A DNA stretch of 63,746 bases, counting the filler, from Octopus bimaculoides (Eukaryota), in the NCBI RefSeq assembly GCF_001194135.2. It is 6 parts of 6 records of this genome, joined end to end, with 100 filler letters (N's around TTAATTAATTAA, not from the genome) between each part and the next. Parts side by side here need not be neighbours in the genome. Positions count along the whole stretch, not along the records: positions 16,421 to 44,870 come from NC_068991.1; positions 44,971 to 56,933 come from NC_068993.1; 4 more parts are not named here. The stretch is one strand, 5' to 3'. The notes beneath the pieces were generated by a model that had not been told where the DNA came from, did not search any database, and worked only from the letters and a program-made list of their open reading frames with translations. Within the stretch, counting starts at the first letter, position 1; the number at the start of each line of letters is the position of its first letter. A program made the translations under genes and the position numbers. Shown piece by piece: positions 38,924 to 51,191 of this stretch.

Positions 38924-39577
38924 GTGAGTAAACAGTTGCTCATTGTGTTTACCGGAATTTTTTTAATGATTTTTGTTTCAGGAGGCAGAGAAATGCCCAT
39001 AGATGTCCTTCACTTGTGGGGCGATATGGCTGACATTCAACTTGAAGTTTTCTCAGTTGGCATCTGTAAATTTAATGCAGAAAAACTAAGGCCATAAAAG
39101 ATTGCTGTTTTAGGAAGGAAGAGCAATTTGTTTTGTGTGTATTTTCTTAACTACATGATGCATTTATATACAATAGGATCATTGTTTATAGGTTTTCATT
39201 TATAAACAATAAGATCATAGGTTATAGTTTTTCAACGGACCCTTCACTGACTCACTGAATTTCCGACGGGGAGGGTAACAAACAATGAATCCTCGGCTTT
39301 TGAAATCTTGTATCCCGCCATCTAAAATGGTTTTGATGAGTGTTTCTGAAAGTTTGTTTCAAATTTTGATAGTCAAAGGAAGAAATCTTATGACTAATGT
39401 GTGTGTCTTGGCATCAGGTGTTGAGAGGCCAGGAATGTATTGACCTTTAAAAAATGGTATGTTTCATGCTGTTGTTGGTACATTACTCTGAAGTTTACTA
39501 ATATGTTTACTAATAGTTGGATTAAAGTGCTGAGATCGAATCTTACTCTCTTTCTCTCTCGGTATTTTTCCTTACAG

Positions 39578-39674
39578 AACGGCAGCCCGTGAATTCACTG
39601 CAGTTTTTGGAGAATATGACTTAGGATGGAAATCAGGACACGAACAGTATCGCTCAATTTTTCGAACTTTCGTT
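39578..39674 (+). CDS. Protease gene 2, exon 3
   Basis: Acceptor TTTTCCTTACAG; reads (R)TAAREFTAVFGEYDLGWKSGHEQYRSIFRTFV; phase-0 donor GTGAGA; 97 bp. Confidence 0.9.
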
Positions 39675-39726
39675 GTGAGATTTTTTTTTTTTTTTACCAA
39701 GTTTGCCTTGGTGTGTGTGTGTGTGT

Positions 39727-40020
39727 TTGTGTGACGGTATGTGGCCCTGTGGTTAGGGTGTTACCCGCACAATTGAGAGATCGTGGTTTCAATTCCTGGA
39801 CCAGGTAGTGCATTGGGTTCTTAAGCAGAACACTTCAGCTCACGTTGCTCTGCGACCACTTCGGCACCTGACGTGTGGTACGAGATGCATCTGTACAGGC
39901 AACGTCGATTTGACGGAGAGAGCGAGCTTATGTGCAGCACGAGCATTTGATTACTAGAAACAAATCATTTGTGCAGGTTGTTCAGAAAGAAATTGCAGAA
40001 CCGCCATCCTTCGTCTACAG
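39727..40020 (+). mobile_element. SINE family D (tRNA-derived head)
   Basis: GGCCCTGTGGTTAG...GGTTTCAATTCC head; body unlike families A-C. Confidence 0.55.
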
Positions 40021-40506
40021 CATGTGTATATGGAGAGACCACAGCGTGCGTATATGCATATGTATGTATGTATGTATGTATTTATGTATGTATGTATGTA
40101 TGCATGTATGTATGTATGCATGCATGCATGTATGTATAAATATGTGTGTGCGAAAGAGAGAGAGAGAGAGTGAGAGGAAAAGGGAGAGAGAGAAAGAGAC
40201 TTACAACGAATAAAATAAAGAGTGCTCAATACACATTTCGAGTTGAACCAATGAAAACTAAATATACTAAGTGAAACGATACAACACGCTCACATACACA
40301 TATAATCGAAGCACATGTACAATAAATATTCACTCGCACATATGTATATATGGATACATGTATGTATGTGTGTGTGAATATATATTAATTCTGTTTCCGT
40401 CGCTAATTAATTTTACTAAGTCTTCAGGCTATTTGAGACATTAGCGTCTAAAAAGATGCTGGTGTTCGTGGCAGCGAGATTTGACTGGCATGTGATGACC
40501 GGTGCT

Positions 40507-40543
40507 TCACACTGATGAGGTCCAGTAGACCGAAATTACGTGA
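40507..40543 (+). ncRNA. Minimal type I hammerhead ribozyme motif
   Basis: CTGATGA at 40512-40518; perfect helix II GGTC/GACC; GAAA; AATT palindrome; TTA triplet; helix I TCAC/GTGA. Confidence 0.6.
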
Positions 40544-41508
40544 TATGGGAATTCTGGCGCCTGTGACAGATGACTCTCATCTGCTACGATCCTTGTGTGT
40601 GCTTTTATGCACCAGGCCACCCATAATAGAGGATATTTCAAGGCTAATAGCACAATATTTGGGTCTCTAACAAGACATCCATGTTAAGTTGGATATACAG
40701 ATTAACTTAATTAATATATATATATATATANNNNNNNNNNNNNNNNNNNNNNNNNNNNNNNNNNNNNNNNNNNNNNNNNNNNNNNNNNNNNNNNNNNNNN
40801 NNNNNNNNNNNNNNNNNNNNNNNNNNNNNNNNNNNNNNNNNNNNNNNNNNNNNNNNNNNNNNNNNNNNNNNNNNNNNNNNNNNNNNNNNNNNNNNNNNNN
40901 NNNNNNNNNNNNNNNNNNNNNNNNNNNNNNNNNNNNNNNNNNNNNNNNNNNNNNNNNNNNNNNNNNNNNNNNNNNNNNNNNNNNNNNNNNNNNNNNNNNN
41001 NNNNNNNNNNNNNNNNNNNNNNNNNNNNNNNNNNNNNNNNNNNNNNNNNNNNNNNNNNNNNNNNNNNNNNNNNNNNNNNNNNNNNNNNNNNNNNNNNNNN
41101 NNNNNNNNNNNNNNNNNNNNNNNNNNNNNNNNNNNNNNNNNNNNNNNNNNNNNNNNNNNNNNNNNNNNNNNNNNNNNNNNNNNNNNNNNNNNNNNNNNNN
41201 NNNNNNNNNNNNNNNNNNNNNNNNNNNNNNNNNNNNNNNNNNNNNNNNNNNNNNNNNNNNNNNNNNNNNNNNNNNNNNNNNNNNNNNNNNNNNNNNNNNN
41301 NNNNNNNNNNNNNNNNNNNNNNNNNNNNNNNNNNNNNNNNNNNNNNNNNNNNNNNNNNNNNNNNNNNNNNNNNNNNNNNNNNNNNNNNNNNNNNNNNNNN
41401 NNNNNNNNNNNNNNNNNNNNNNNNNNNNNNNNNNNNNNNNNNNNNNNNNNNNNNNNNNNNNNNNNNNNNNNNNNNNNNNNNNNNNNNNNNNNNNNNNNNN
41501 NNNNNNNN

Positions 41509-41583
<75 letters not shown>

Positions 41584-41685
41584 TCATTTTTTTCTTTTGA
41601 CATTTCGTTTAACTTTTTTCTTTCTTTCTTCCCTTTCTTCCTTTTCGACTTCTTCGTTTCGTTTAACCAAAACTCAAAACGAAAG

Positions 41686-41851
41686 CACCCCTATTTCAGA
41701 CCAGGCGGAAATTATCCCAACGATGTTGCTTTGGCTCAGTTGACGTCTCCAATCCAATATACAGATTATGTAAGATCGATCTGTCTTCCATCTCGATATG
41801 ACAGTTATGATAACGACGAATGTTGGATTAGTGGATGGGGTGCAACCAGAG
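41686..41851 (+). CDS. Protease gene 2, exon 4: catalytic Asp
   Basis: Reads HPYFRPGGNYPNDVALAQLTSPIQYTDYVRSICLPSRYDSYDNDECWISGWGATR; phase-1 donor GTAAGA; aligns with gene 1 exon 4. Confidence 0.92.
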
Positions 41852-44345
41852 GTAAGACGTTCTTCACATTGCAGATCATAAGATTTTTGGTATTTAATTA
41901 TTGGAACTGTTTTTATTATCAATAGAATAAATATAATACCTATAAAATAAAGATGATAATTGCATATGTAACACATATATGACACATATGCAATTCAAAA
42001 CCACGTTAAAATACAGATCGAAACATAAGCGAAGAAAGAATATAAGAGATAGAAAAAAGATAGAAAGCACATCTATTCAACACTGTCTCAATTGGTCGGA
42101 CACCACAAGAATTAACGGAACCTACAGAAGCAAGCCAACACGCACGCGGCATTACCATGGGCGATGGTGTGGCTAAGGTGTTGGAACAGCCAAGCACCCT
42201 CACAAGCATCACCTGACACCTTGGTAAGGCGATGGTGGTGATTGTGGTCGTAGAGGTGATAACAGTTGTGTTATATGTTCATATCTATGTGCATGCATAG
42301 GTATACGTATATATGAATACATCTTCACTAGTAGTACTATTTCGTTAAGCGCATCTACTAAGCAGTATGAACTGTGTTTAAGGCAGATACGCACAGCGTG
42401 TATCACTCCGCTATAGACACTGTTTGTAAACATGTCAAATAAAGTAAACACGTAGAAACATAACAATGCCTTCAGTGAGTTGTTTATTATCCCACAAAGA
42501 ACAAAAGAATACATAACAAGTTGTTATCGTTGTTATTGTGGTGGTGGAGAAGATTGAGTCGGTTGGAAGAAGAGAAAAAGTTTGCTAGAGGCCTGGTGAT
42601 GGATAACATTTATCACGCTTTACCATTATTTGGAATGGATGGAGAAAGAGAAATTGAGATGGAAATTCTTGTATTATTTTAGACCTGACTTTCACATCTT
42701 GGAGAGTATACAAGCTACACACTTTATATTTAATTCTTGAAGCCGCAAACATTTTTCTCGGGGGTTTCTAATTTCATGTTTTTCTTTTTGTATTTTTCTT
42801 GAGTCCTAGGTCTCATAAGGTCGGTTACCAGGTTTCCATGGTATAAATGACCGAGGTCACAACATTATTTCTGAGTGGGATACCGGTGAGTTGCAAGGTT
42901 CAAGGCCAGCAATTTTTTGCGGGAAGGAACAAATAGATTACATAGACTCTAGTACTTCACTGGCACTTTATTTTACCAATCCCGAAAGGATTGTACTAGG
43001 GCTGGTTTTAGCTGCTGTATCTAGCGTAGGAAGTCAACAGTTATGCACAGAAAAAGACAACGAAATCTGTGGAATTTTATTCTTTACGTACACAAGCAAA
43101 AGTCAAATATTGTTGTTATAACGAATGACAAATGTTGAGAGAGTTTGGATGTTATTGTCCTTGGTGTAATTGTAGCAGAGTTCAAAAAAATTAGCTGCTA
43201 ATCGTTGTTTTGCTGTCGCGGGAGTTCATTATGTTGATGTCAGCTCGGTTCAGCAACTGCCTATGGATATTTGCCGTCATTCTACCGTGTCGTCTTTATT
43301 GTCTCCCATGCTCTCTCTCTGCTACAGTCCAAAATTCTCTGGTAGTCGCGATGTGTCAATTTTATGCTGATTGATGGGCTCAGAAAGGATCGCGCTAAAA
43401 ATTGAAATTGTCGCTGGATCCTATTCCACACGAAATTGTGATTTTGTTGACCACGTTGGTAATATTCTAGCGAATCGCGACGTCGGTTGATTGCTGAATA
43501 TTCTTGCTATAGGATGAAAAGTAAAGTTGACTTTGGCGGGATCTGAACTCAGGACATAGAGAACAAGAAGAAATGCCGTTAAGCATTTTGTCCGACATGC
43601 TAACGATTGTGCCAGCTCGTTGCTTTAATTTCATGCACACGACTCAACAAAACTGATCTTGGAACATTTCGTTCTAACGCAGAATGTTTAGCAAACTTGC
43701 TTTACTATATTCACCACTTAATAATTAAATATCTGATATTCTTAAGTTGGCACAATGCCATAGATCCGTGTGTGTGTGTTAAGGGAATGTAGTCGATTTA
43801 ACTCTACATCAATGAATGGCTTGTAGCTATTTGTATCGATAAAAGACAAAGTCGACTTCGTTGGGGAATTTAAACTCGAACATGAAGGGACATAACTACA
43901 TAAGTCAAGGTTCAAAACTATCGTTTCTGCTTTTGTATCGCCATATATTGATATGTAATAATGTATTTCGAATTAAACGTATAAATGTTTGAGATAAGTT
44001 ATTGTTAAGAAGATTATAATATTTCAGACAACTAACCTTATCGTTATATGCGAACATTTTTTTCTTCAATATTTACATTTACACTAAGTTTCTGACGGTT
44101 TGCCTTCCGACAATCCTCGAGGGTTTATTTTTGGATATGTACGTAATATCGTAAAATGAGTTCGATATATAAATTCTTTGTTATCTAAGCTAAGACTAAT
44201 AACCTTCTTATCCATTTGTCCACTGGTGCATCATATTTAGTTATTGTTGCAATTTAAAGATTGTTAATATTTAATTTTTAGTAATGAAACAACCATATTG
44301 ATTTGATGTCAGCATTTGGTTTACTGATCAGGTTATCAGCAAGTG

Positions 44346-44405
<60 letters not shown>

Positions 44406-44488
44406 ATATATATACGTATGTATATATATATTTATGTGTATGTATGTATGTATGTGTGTGTATGTGTGTATATACATACATTTAGCTC

Positions 44489-44800
44489 TCTCTATATAAA
44501 GATGAGAATGTGTGTCTGTCTGTGTGAATCTCTAAAACTCAAGAACTACATAACCGATTTCATTCAAATTTTACACATACCTTACTTAGGGCCCAGGTAG
44601 TGTCATGGGCCAAAAAAAAAATTTTAACTTTTTGCCTAATGTGAGCCCAGAGCAATCTCTTATATCTTTCACTTTTTCAGTATTACGTGTTAAAAGCGAA
44701 ACGATAACATCTCTCTATTGTAATGTCAGATACTTTCACTTTAATATTTCCTCTATTAATATTGAAACTATTATTAAAGTGAAACTATTATCTCACATCT
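44489..44800 (+). mobile_element. Helitron/Helentron-associated non-autonomous element-like fragment
   Basis: TCTATATAAA start, a GTCT-type microsatellite, then AACTAC...ACCGATTTCATTCAAATTTTACAC; recognised from general family features only. Confidence 0.4.
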
Positions 44801-44835
44801 ATACAGGCATACATGCATATATATAATATATATTT

Positions 44836-44870
<35 letters not shown>

Positions 44871-45063
44871 NNNNNNNNNNNNNNNNNNNNNNNNNNNNNN
44901 NNNNNNNNNNNNNNTTAATTAATTAANNNNNNNNNNNNNNNNNNNNNNNNNNNNNNNNNNNNNNNNNNNNATTATTTTTTATTTTCCTATTATTCCTTCA
45001 CGTGCGGTTAACACAACCCCACCATTTACTGACTTATATATATATATTTCAGTTAACAGACTG

Positions 45064-45101
<38 letters not shown>

Positions 45102-45617
45102 CAGTCTGTTAACTGAAGGAAATTTACGTAAATGTTTGCATTTCCAGTTATAGACTACATAAATCTTAAACGTACGTACTAAACGATTTCAAAATATCAC
45201 TTATTTGTTTTGGTTTAACTTCATTATTACAACTTATATAATGTGTGTGTATTTGTGTGTGTACGTGTGCGTGCGTGTGTGTGTGCGTGCGTGCGCGTGT
45301 GTGTGAGTGTGTCCTGAGTGTGAGTTTAAACTGCATCCAGTTTGGCAGATTCAGGGTCTTGAAGAGTGTGGAACAACCTCTCAGCCATTATTGTTCCCTA
45401 GGTCTATTCTGACCCGGAGTAGCAGCACCTGTTAGGGTCCCAGAGACAGCGTTTTTTGGACAGAATGACAGGATTGGGTGTCGTTCTTGATTTGATGCGG
45501 CTGACTGAATATTCAAACTGTTTCGGTGACTACATTTACGACGCAAGTGGCAAACTTACATACATACACACATATACACGCGCTCGAGTACGAAAACGGA
45601 GAAAAAGAAAGAGAGAA

Positions 45618-45650
<33 letters not shown>

Positions 45651-45664
45651 CAGANNNNNNNNNN

Positions 45665-45713
<49 letters not shown>

Positions 45714-46088
45714 ACGTTAAAGAAGATAAATATTGGTTTCAAATTTTGACACAAGGCCAGCAATCTTTAAGTGGCGGCGGTAAATTGATTATACTCATTC
45801 CTTATTTTATCGAACCCAAAAGGATCACGGCAAAGTTGACCGCAGAAGAATAGAAAGCATTTTCGTACTAATGACTCTGCCTGCTCAACGCCTTAAAACG
45901 AGAAAAATGTTAAAAAGTCTGATTTCAAATAAGTCTGCAACGAATCAGCGACGCCAAACAGCAGCTCCACAACGCCTCATACACAGTTTAGGAAGTCTAG
46001 TCAGAAGGTTTATGTTTCAATGTAGGACAGCTATAATATAACTATTAGTCTTGATTATATTTTCAATGACAGTTTCTTTTTGTTACAG

Positions 46089-46169
46089 TCACACTCGTAT
46101 TTTTTGTTTATGCCGAGTTTTTCTCAATTCATGTTCGTCTGAATACTTGTGAACGCAATTTCATCGTAG
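46089..46169 (+). CDS. Unrecognised gene 3, internal exon (beta-strand-rich)
   Basis: Acceptor TTTCTTTTTGTTACAG and donor G|GTGAGT; 81 bp, phase 1-1, open frame TLVFFVYAEFFSIHVRLNTCERNFIV. Length, phases and hydrophobic pattern match the minus-strand exon at 51111-51191. Confidence 0.55.
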
Positions 46170-46923
46170 GTGAGTTGAATTTTTTTTCTATTTTAATCAA
46201 TAATAATTCATAGGGTTCTATTTAATCTAATATCATTTTTTACTTATAAGCTATTAGTTGATCTGAGAATATAGTAGCACACATTTACTCAAGTTAGTCA
46301 GTTGGACCGAGCCCGGATCCATATGGCTGCAATGTGAACTTCTTAGCCACTTGCCAAATATAAATTTATCTATCTCTCTAGCTATGTTTGTCGCCACTTC
46401 AACATGAGTGTTTCGTACGAAACAAACGTTACTACGAAACCCCGAGGGAAAGCCTCCCCTAGGTGCTGCAATCTGCACCCAATATATATTGCTAGTAGGG
46501 GAGCGAACTCGTACCATATTCTAGCGACTTCACAGGACCAATAGGCCGTCCGGTTTCGGGCTATTTTTGCCCATTCTCGGTGCTGGACACCTGTCCGCTA
46601 GAGATAGCTGTAGTTTACTCCAGCTTGCAATATATAGAAAACCAAGCGACAATCAGTCACTGATCTTGCAACAAGCAAAGTAGCTAGTTAGAAAATCTCC
46701 ATAAGAGATGAAAGTTGTGACTATACTGGGAAGTAATGTTTATTGCCATTTTAACATGGGTGTTCCGTACGAACCGACGTTACTACTACTTTGAATCCCT
46801 AGAGGAAGCCTCCTTTAACTGGTTATCGATGTACTTTGCACCCGATATATACTGTAAACAGTATAGAGACGGTCTTACTATCTATCTATGTATTTTACTA
46901 TGTACCGACATTTATATATGTAA

Positions 46924-47560
46924 TCTGATCAATAAGTATCCGGAATGTTCCCATAGTGACGAAGCTAAAGCACGCGGAATAACGCCGCTCGACAAAGATT
47001 GACTATGAACTCTGCTGTGCATGCGCACTAAGTTTTGGCGTTCTAGCTTACTTCCACTGTTTTCAGCAGTGCTTGGAAGGAACGAGTGTTGCGTGTAATC
47101 GTCGCATTGACCACAAAAGAGACAGTCGAGCAGAGAATCTGCATCAAATTTTGCCAAATGCTCGGCGATTCTTGCTCAGAGGCCTATGCAAAGTTTTCAA
47201 AAAATTTTCATCGTTCTCGACACGATCAAGGAGATCTTGAGCAACTGAAACCCGGGTGTCTTTTTGGTCAGCTGGAAGCAGTTTTGGGACAAACTTGGCA
47301 GACACACACCTCATACTCAAATCTTCAGTGATAATGGACAGAGCTGTAACTAATCTGCACATCCTCTGACAACTCATGGATGGTGATTCGACGATTTCCC
47401 CTCACAGCGGCACACACATCTGTGGAAGTGAGCTAGAACGTTAAAACTTAGTGCACATAGATAGCAAAGTTCATAGTCAATCTGTGCCAAGTAGCTTCAC
47501 TCTGCGTTCTTTAGCTTCGTTATAATAGCAACAGTCCGGATACTTATTGATCGGACCTCG
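46924..47560. mobile_element. Mariner-derived MITE with long inverted arms and an inverted internal transposase segment
   Basis: Arms of about 135 bp at 46924-47057 and 47422-47560 are reverse complements. Forward EQRICIKFCQMLGDS at about 47110-47200; reverse RRITIHELSED...MRCVSAKFVPKLL...DENFLK at about 47200-47420. Confidence 0.9.
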
Positions 47561-48106
47561 CATAGTGAATCCCCTGCACAACAGTGTCTTGAGTCTTGAG
47601 AATCGCATGTACGAGGACCTAGTTTCCATGGTGTACAAATGAAATGACAGAGATCACAGAGGTCCCCTTGAATGGAGTTTCCTGTCCATCGCAGGCATAG
47701 TCATTTACAGCCGAATGGACTGAGCCATGAAGTGTTTTGCTCAAGAACAGAACGCACCGCCCGCTCCAGGAATCGTAACCATATACCTTCATATATCTAT
47801 GTATATATGTGTGTATGTATGTATACATATTTATATACATACATACATACATACATACATATATTGACACACAAAATTAAAAACGAATGCACGTGGAAGT
47901 GAATTATATAAAAATCCTCACCGACTAATTAGCAAAGGAAAGTAAAAAGGAGCGTGACAGTATATAAGCAAAAATATTCAGAAACATATCAAACCATGAT
48001 TAGTGAGATGCACATGTGAAGATACTCATAAATACAACATACGACATACATGGAACATGTAGTAATCTTTTGATCACTTTCTTTTTTTCTTTCTTTTTTT
48101 TTGCAG

Positions 48107-48318
48107 AAAACAACCAAGAAGGGCATTTTAATATTACGTTATATTCAATCAGCGCAATGTTTTTTGATGTCCGTCACGTTGAAGCATCCCGATATCATTC
48201 AAAATTTTGTCTCTATCAAGATAAGAAGCGGGGTTTCTTCAGCATCAGTCTGGGATGCTTTGAGAAATGGTGGCCGCAACAAACGAAGTTTTTAGTAAAA
48301 GAGGACGTAAAACGATGA
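48107..48318 (+). CDS. Unrecognised gene 3, terminal exon
   Basis: Very strong acceptor (about 30-nt pyrimidine tract ending TTGCAG). In phase 1 it continues the 46169 exon: (E)NNQEGHFNITLYSISAMFFDVRHVEASRYHSKFCLYQDKKRGFFSISLGCFEKWWPQQTKFLVKEDVKR then stop. Confidence 0.5.
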
Positions 48319-48981
48319 TTAATGAAACTAAAACATAGATGCTACTCTAGTGCCAAATTGATTTTTCTGTCTTTGTCTTTAATCTTCTACTTGTTTCGGT
48401 CATTGAACGGCCCCTGTGCTAGGGCACTACCGTGAAGGATTCTTCTTATCGAACAATTCGACTCAAGTACTTACTTTTATATATGGTACTTATTTTATCA
48501 GTCTTTTTTTTTTTTGCCGAAATGCTAAGTTACGGGAGTATTAACAAGCCAACGGGTCCCGCGCCGTATGACTGAACCTGAAATCATGCGATTGCAAAGC
48601 ATGAGCTTACCCATACAGCCATGCTTGCCTGTACGCGTGTGTGTGTGTATTCGCGCGTGAGTGCGTGTGCGTATGTGTGTGCATGTATGTGTGTGTGAAA
48701 ATGTGTTCCACATTTATACATATATTTTTATTCGAATAAAACAAATTTTCTTTCTTAACATAGTTTTTNNNNNNNNNNNNNNNNNNNNNNNNNNNNNNNN
48801 NNNNNNNNNNNNNNNNNNNNNNNNNNNNNNNNNNNNNNNNNNNNNNNNNNNNNNNNNNNNNNNNNNNNNNNNNNNNNNNNNNNNNNNNNNNNNNNNNNNN
48901 NNNNNNNNNNNNNNNNNNNNNNNNNNNNNNNNNNNNNNNNNNNNNNNNNNNNNNNNNNNNNNNNNNNNNNNNNNNNNNNNN

Positions 48982-49275
48982 GAGCGAAAACACCTAAAAG
49001 CTCCGCGAGGCTCCGGCAGGGGATGGTGGCGAACCCTGCTGTACTCTTTCACCACAACTTTCTCTCACTCTTACTTCCTGTTTCTGTTGTGCCTGTAATT
49101 CAAAGGGTCAGCCTTGTCACACTGTGTCACGCTGAATATCCCCGAGAACTACGTTAAGGGTACACGTGTCTGTGGAGTACTCAGCCACTTGCACATTAAT
49201 TTCACGAGCAGGCTGTTCCGTTGATCGGATCAAATGGAACCCTCGACGTTGTAAGCGACGGAGTGCCAACAACAA
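48982..49275 (+). mobile_element. SINE family C
   Basis: Nearly identical to the 33317 copy; head lies in a gap. Confidence 0.9.
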
Positions 49276-50060
49276 CAAATATATATATATGAAAGTAAAA
49301 ATACAAAATAGTTTTCACATAACAAATGTTTTCGTATAAAATATTTACTGAAAATGGTGTGTTTTCACAAAGGTGAGTTTTAAAACATATGTATGTATAT
49401 ATGAATGTAAGCAAAAAAAACATATGTATGTATATATGAATGTAAGCAAAAAAAACAAGCGTAGTATTCAAAGATTTATAGGATAAATACGCGGTTCAGG
49501 TAAATGCCGAAATAATTGCATAAGAAATAGAAACATTGTGCAATCATGCGTTTTTAACTCTTCAGTGTCCCGCCATTAATGCGACAATCTATGTAGAAGC
49601 TTGCCGTTATGCAAATGATAAAAACTCGCGGGTCACATAAATAACAGACGAAGCATCGCATCGAAGAACGTCACACCTCTTTCAAAGCATAAATGTGAGG
49701 GAGAAAGAGAGTTGCTGATGGGAAAAATTAAAAATAAAAGAACCGACAGCAGAAGGCCGGTAGGTCATAACTGAATTGGGGGCCCCCCTAACTGCTTTTA
49801 TAGCTTACCGATTTCCTTCTGCCAATTGTAATTATTTCTCCAATTTGCTGGAATGCGCGTATGTCCTATAAAGCTTCGAATACCAAACCTGTTTTCTTCC
49901 TTTTATTTCTTTGCCTTTTGTGGGGGGCTTATAATCTGCTCTCTACCGTTTCCCGAGTCTGATGCCACGGGTTTTTTTTTCTATAATGGATACCAGAGGG
50001 AATTGTAAAACTCACAACTATTCCCGATTTTGGTTCTGTGTCGGATTTTACTGTGCCTCC

Positions 50061-50147
50061 CTATTTTTGGTCCATATTAATGATATAAATACATGTGCTT
50101 TTATTACCACGAATATGAGAAGTGCTCTCAACGCAATATTCGATTTT
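50061..50147 (-). CDS. Unrecognised gene 4, candidate terminal exon
   Basis: Phase-0 frame KIEYCVESTSHIRGNKSTCIYIINMDQK then stop, loosely similar to VEASRYHSKFCLY in gene 3. The acceptor is the second AG after a pyrimidine tract, and the frame stays open after the stop, so the boundaries are uncertain. Confidence 0.3.
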   Translation of the reverse strand, partial: KIEYCVESTSHIRGNKSTCIYIINMDQK

Positions 50148-50384
50148 CTAACACAACATCTACGTTAATTTGGACATAAAGAGAAAGACTTAACATATAA
50201 TAACGTTTTATTCATAAAAATATTTATAACAATGTATGTTTATTGTTTATATTAACATATATTAACATATATTAAAAGGTATCTGTATTAACGTGCATGC
50301 ATTTATGTTAATATCATTTTGTGTTATTAGCATACGTTTCTGCCAGCTCACCGCTTTCAGTATTAATGATAATAATAATAATAA

Positions 50385-50600
50385 TCTTTTCTACTAAAGG
50401 CACAAGGCCTGAAATCTGATGGAGAGGACTAGTCGATTACATCGACCCAAGTATGCAACTGGTACTTAATTTATTGACCCCGGAAAGGATGAAAGGCAAA
50501 GTGGACCTCGGTGGAATTTGAACTCAGAACGTAGCAACAGACGAAATACCACTAAGCACTTCATCCAGCGTGCTAACGATTCTGCCAGCTCGCCGCCTAA
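50385..50600 (-). mobile_element. SINE family B
   Basis: Reverse-complement copy with an AAT-type tail. Confidence 0.85.
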
Positions 50601-50787
50601 CAATAGTAGTAGTAGTAGTAGTAGTAGTTCATCATCATCATCATCATCATCACCGACAGCGTCATCATCGTCTTGGAGGCTTATGGTCACGATTGTGAAA
50701 ACAACCAACCTGTCTCACATACGTTTTTTCATTTATGTTCGTTGTAACCATAACGCACCACTGCCTATAATGTATTTTAAACCTTAC

Positions 50788-50858
50788 GGCAAAGAAACAG
50801 ACACTTAATATCGGCAGACGTTTAACCTTCACTTTCAAAAACAACATTTTTCGATTCC
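50788..50858 (-). CDS. Unrecognised gene 4, internal exon
   Basis: Acceptor CTCCTTATTTTTCAG. The phase-1 frame is the only open one: (W)NRKMLFLKVKVKRLPILSVCFFA; donor GTAAGG. Confidence 0.5.
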
Positions 50859-50911
50859 CTGAAAAATAAGGAGAAAAAAGGGAAAAATTAAATTCATGAA
50901 ATACAAAATTT

Positions 50912-51072
50912 CAGGAGTGGCTGTATGGTAAGTAGCTTTCTTACCAGTCGCATGGTTCCGGGTTCATTCCCATTGCGTGGCACTTTGGGCAAGTGTCTTC
51001 TACTATAGCCTCGGGCCGACCAAAGCCTTGTGAGTGGATTTGGTAGACGGAAACTGAAAGAAGCCTGTCGTA
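50912..51072 (+). mobile_element. SINE family A, 5' half
   Basis: Head to GAAGCCTGTCG; lies between the gene 4 exons at 50858 and 51111. Confidence 0.85.
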
Positions 51073-51110
51073 TATATGTATACAGAAATAACAAACAACT
51101 TACTACTTAC

Positions 51111-51191
51111 ACAGTTTTATCTTTTGTTGTTTCCCATTCACTGTCATTAACAGTTGAAAATATCCTTTTCCGATATGTATATCGAAAGTAA
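51111..51191 (-). CDS. Unrecognised gene 4, internal exon
   Basis: Acceptor CTTTATTTTTCAG and donor GTAAGT; 81 bp, phase 1-1; reads (F)TFDIHIGKGYFQLLMTVNGKQQKIKL. Confidence 0.65.

Noticed and set aside
42684-42764. 81-bp phase 1-1 open segment that might be another exon of the novel family
   Set aside because: Weak donor (GTTTCT) and no convincing similarity to the other two 81-bp exons.
45043-45117. Perfect palindrome around (TA)n
   Set aside because: (TA)n is self-complementary and a known source of fold-back read or assembly artefacts; it needs long-read confirmation.
45871-46041. Short ORF just upstream of the gene 3 exon as a possible first exon
   Set aside because: No signal peptide, no similarity to gene 4, and only a weak donor giving a 67-bp intron.
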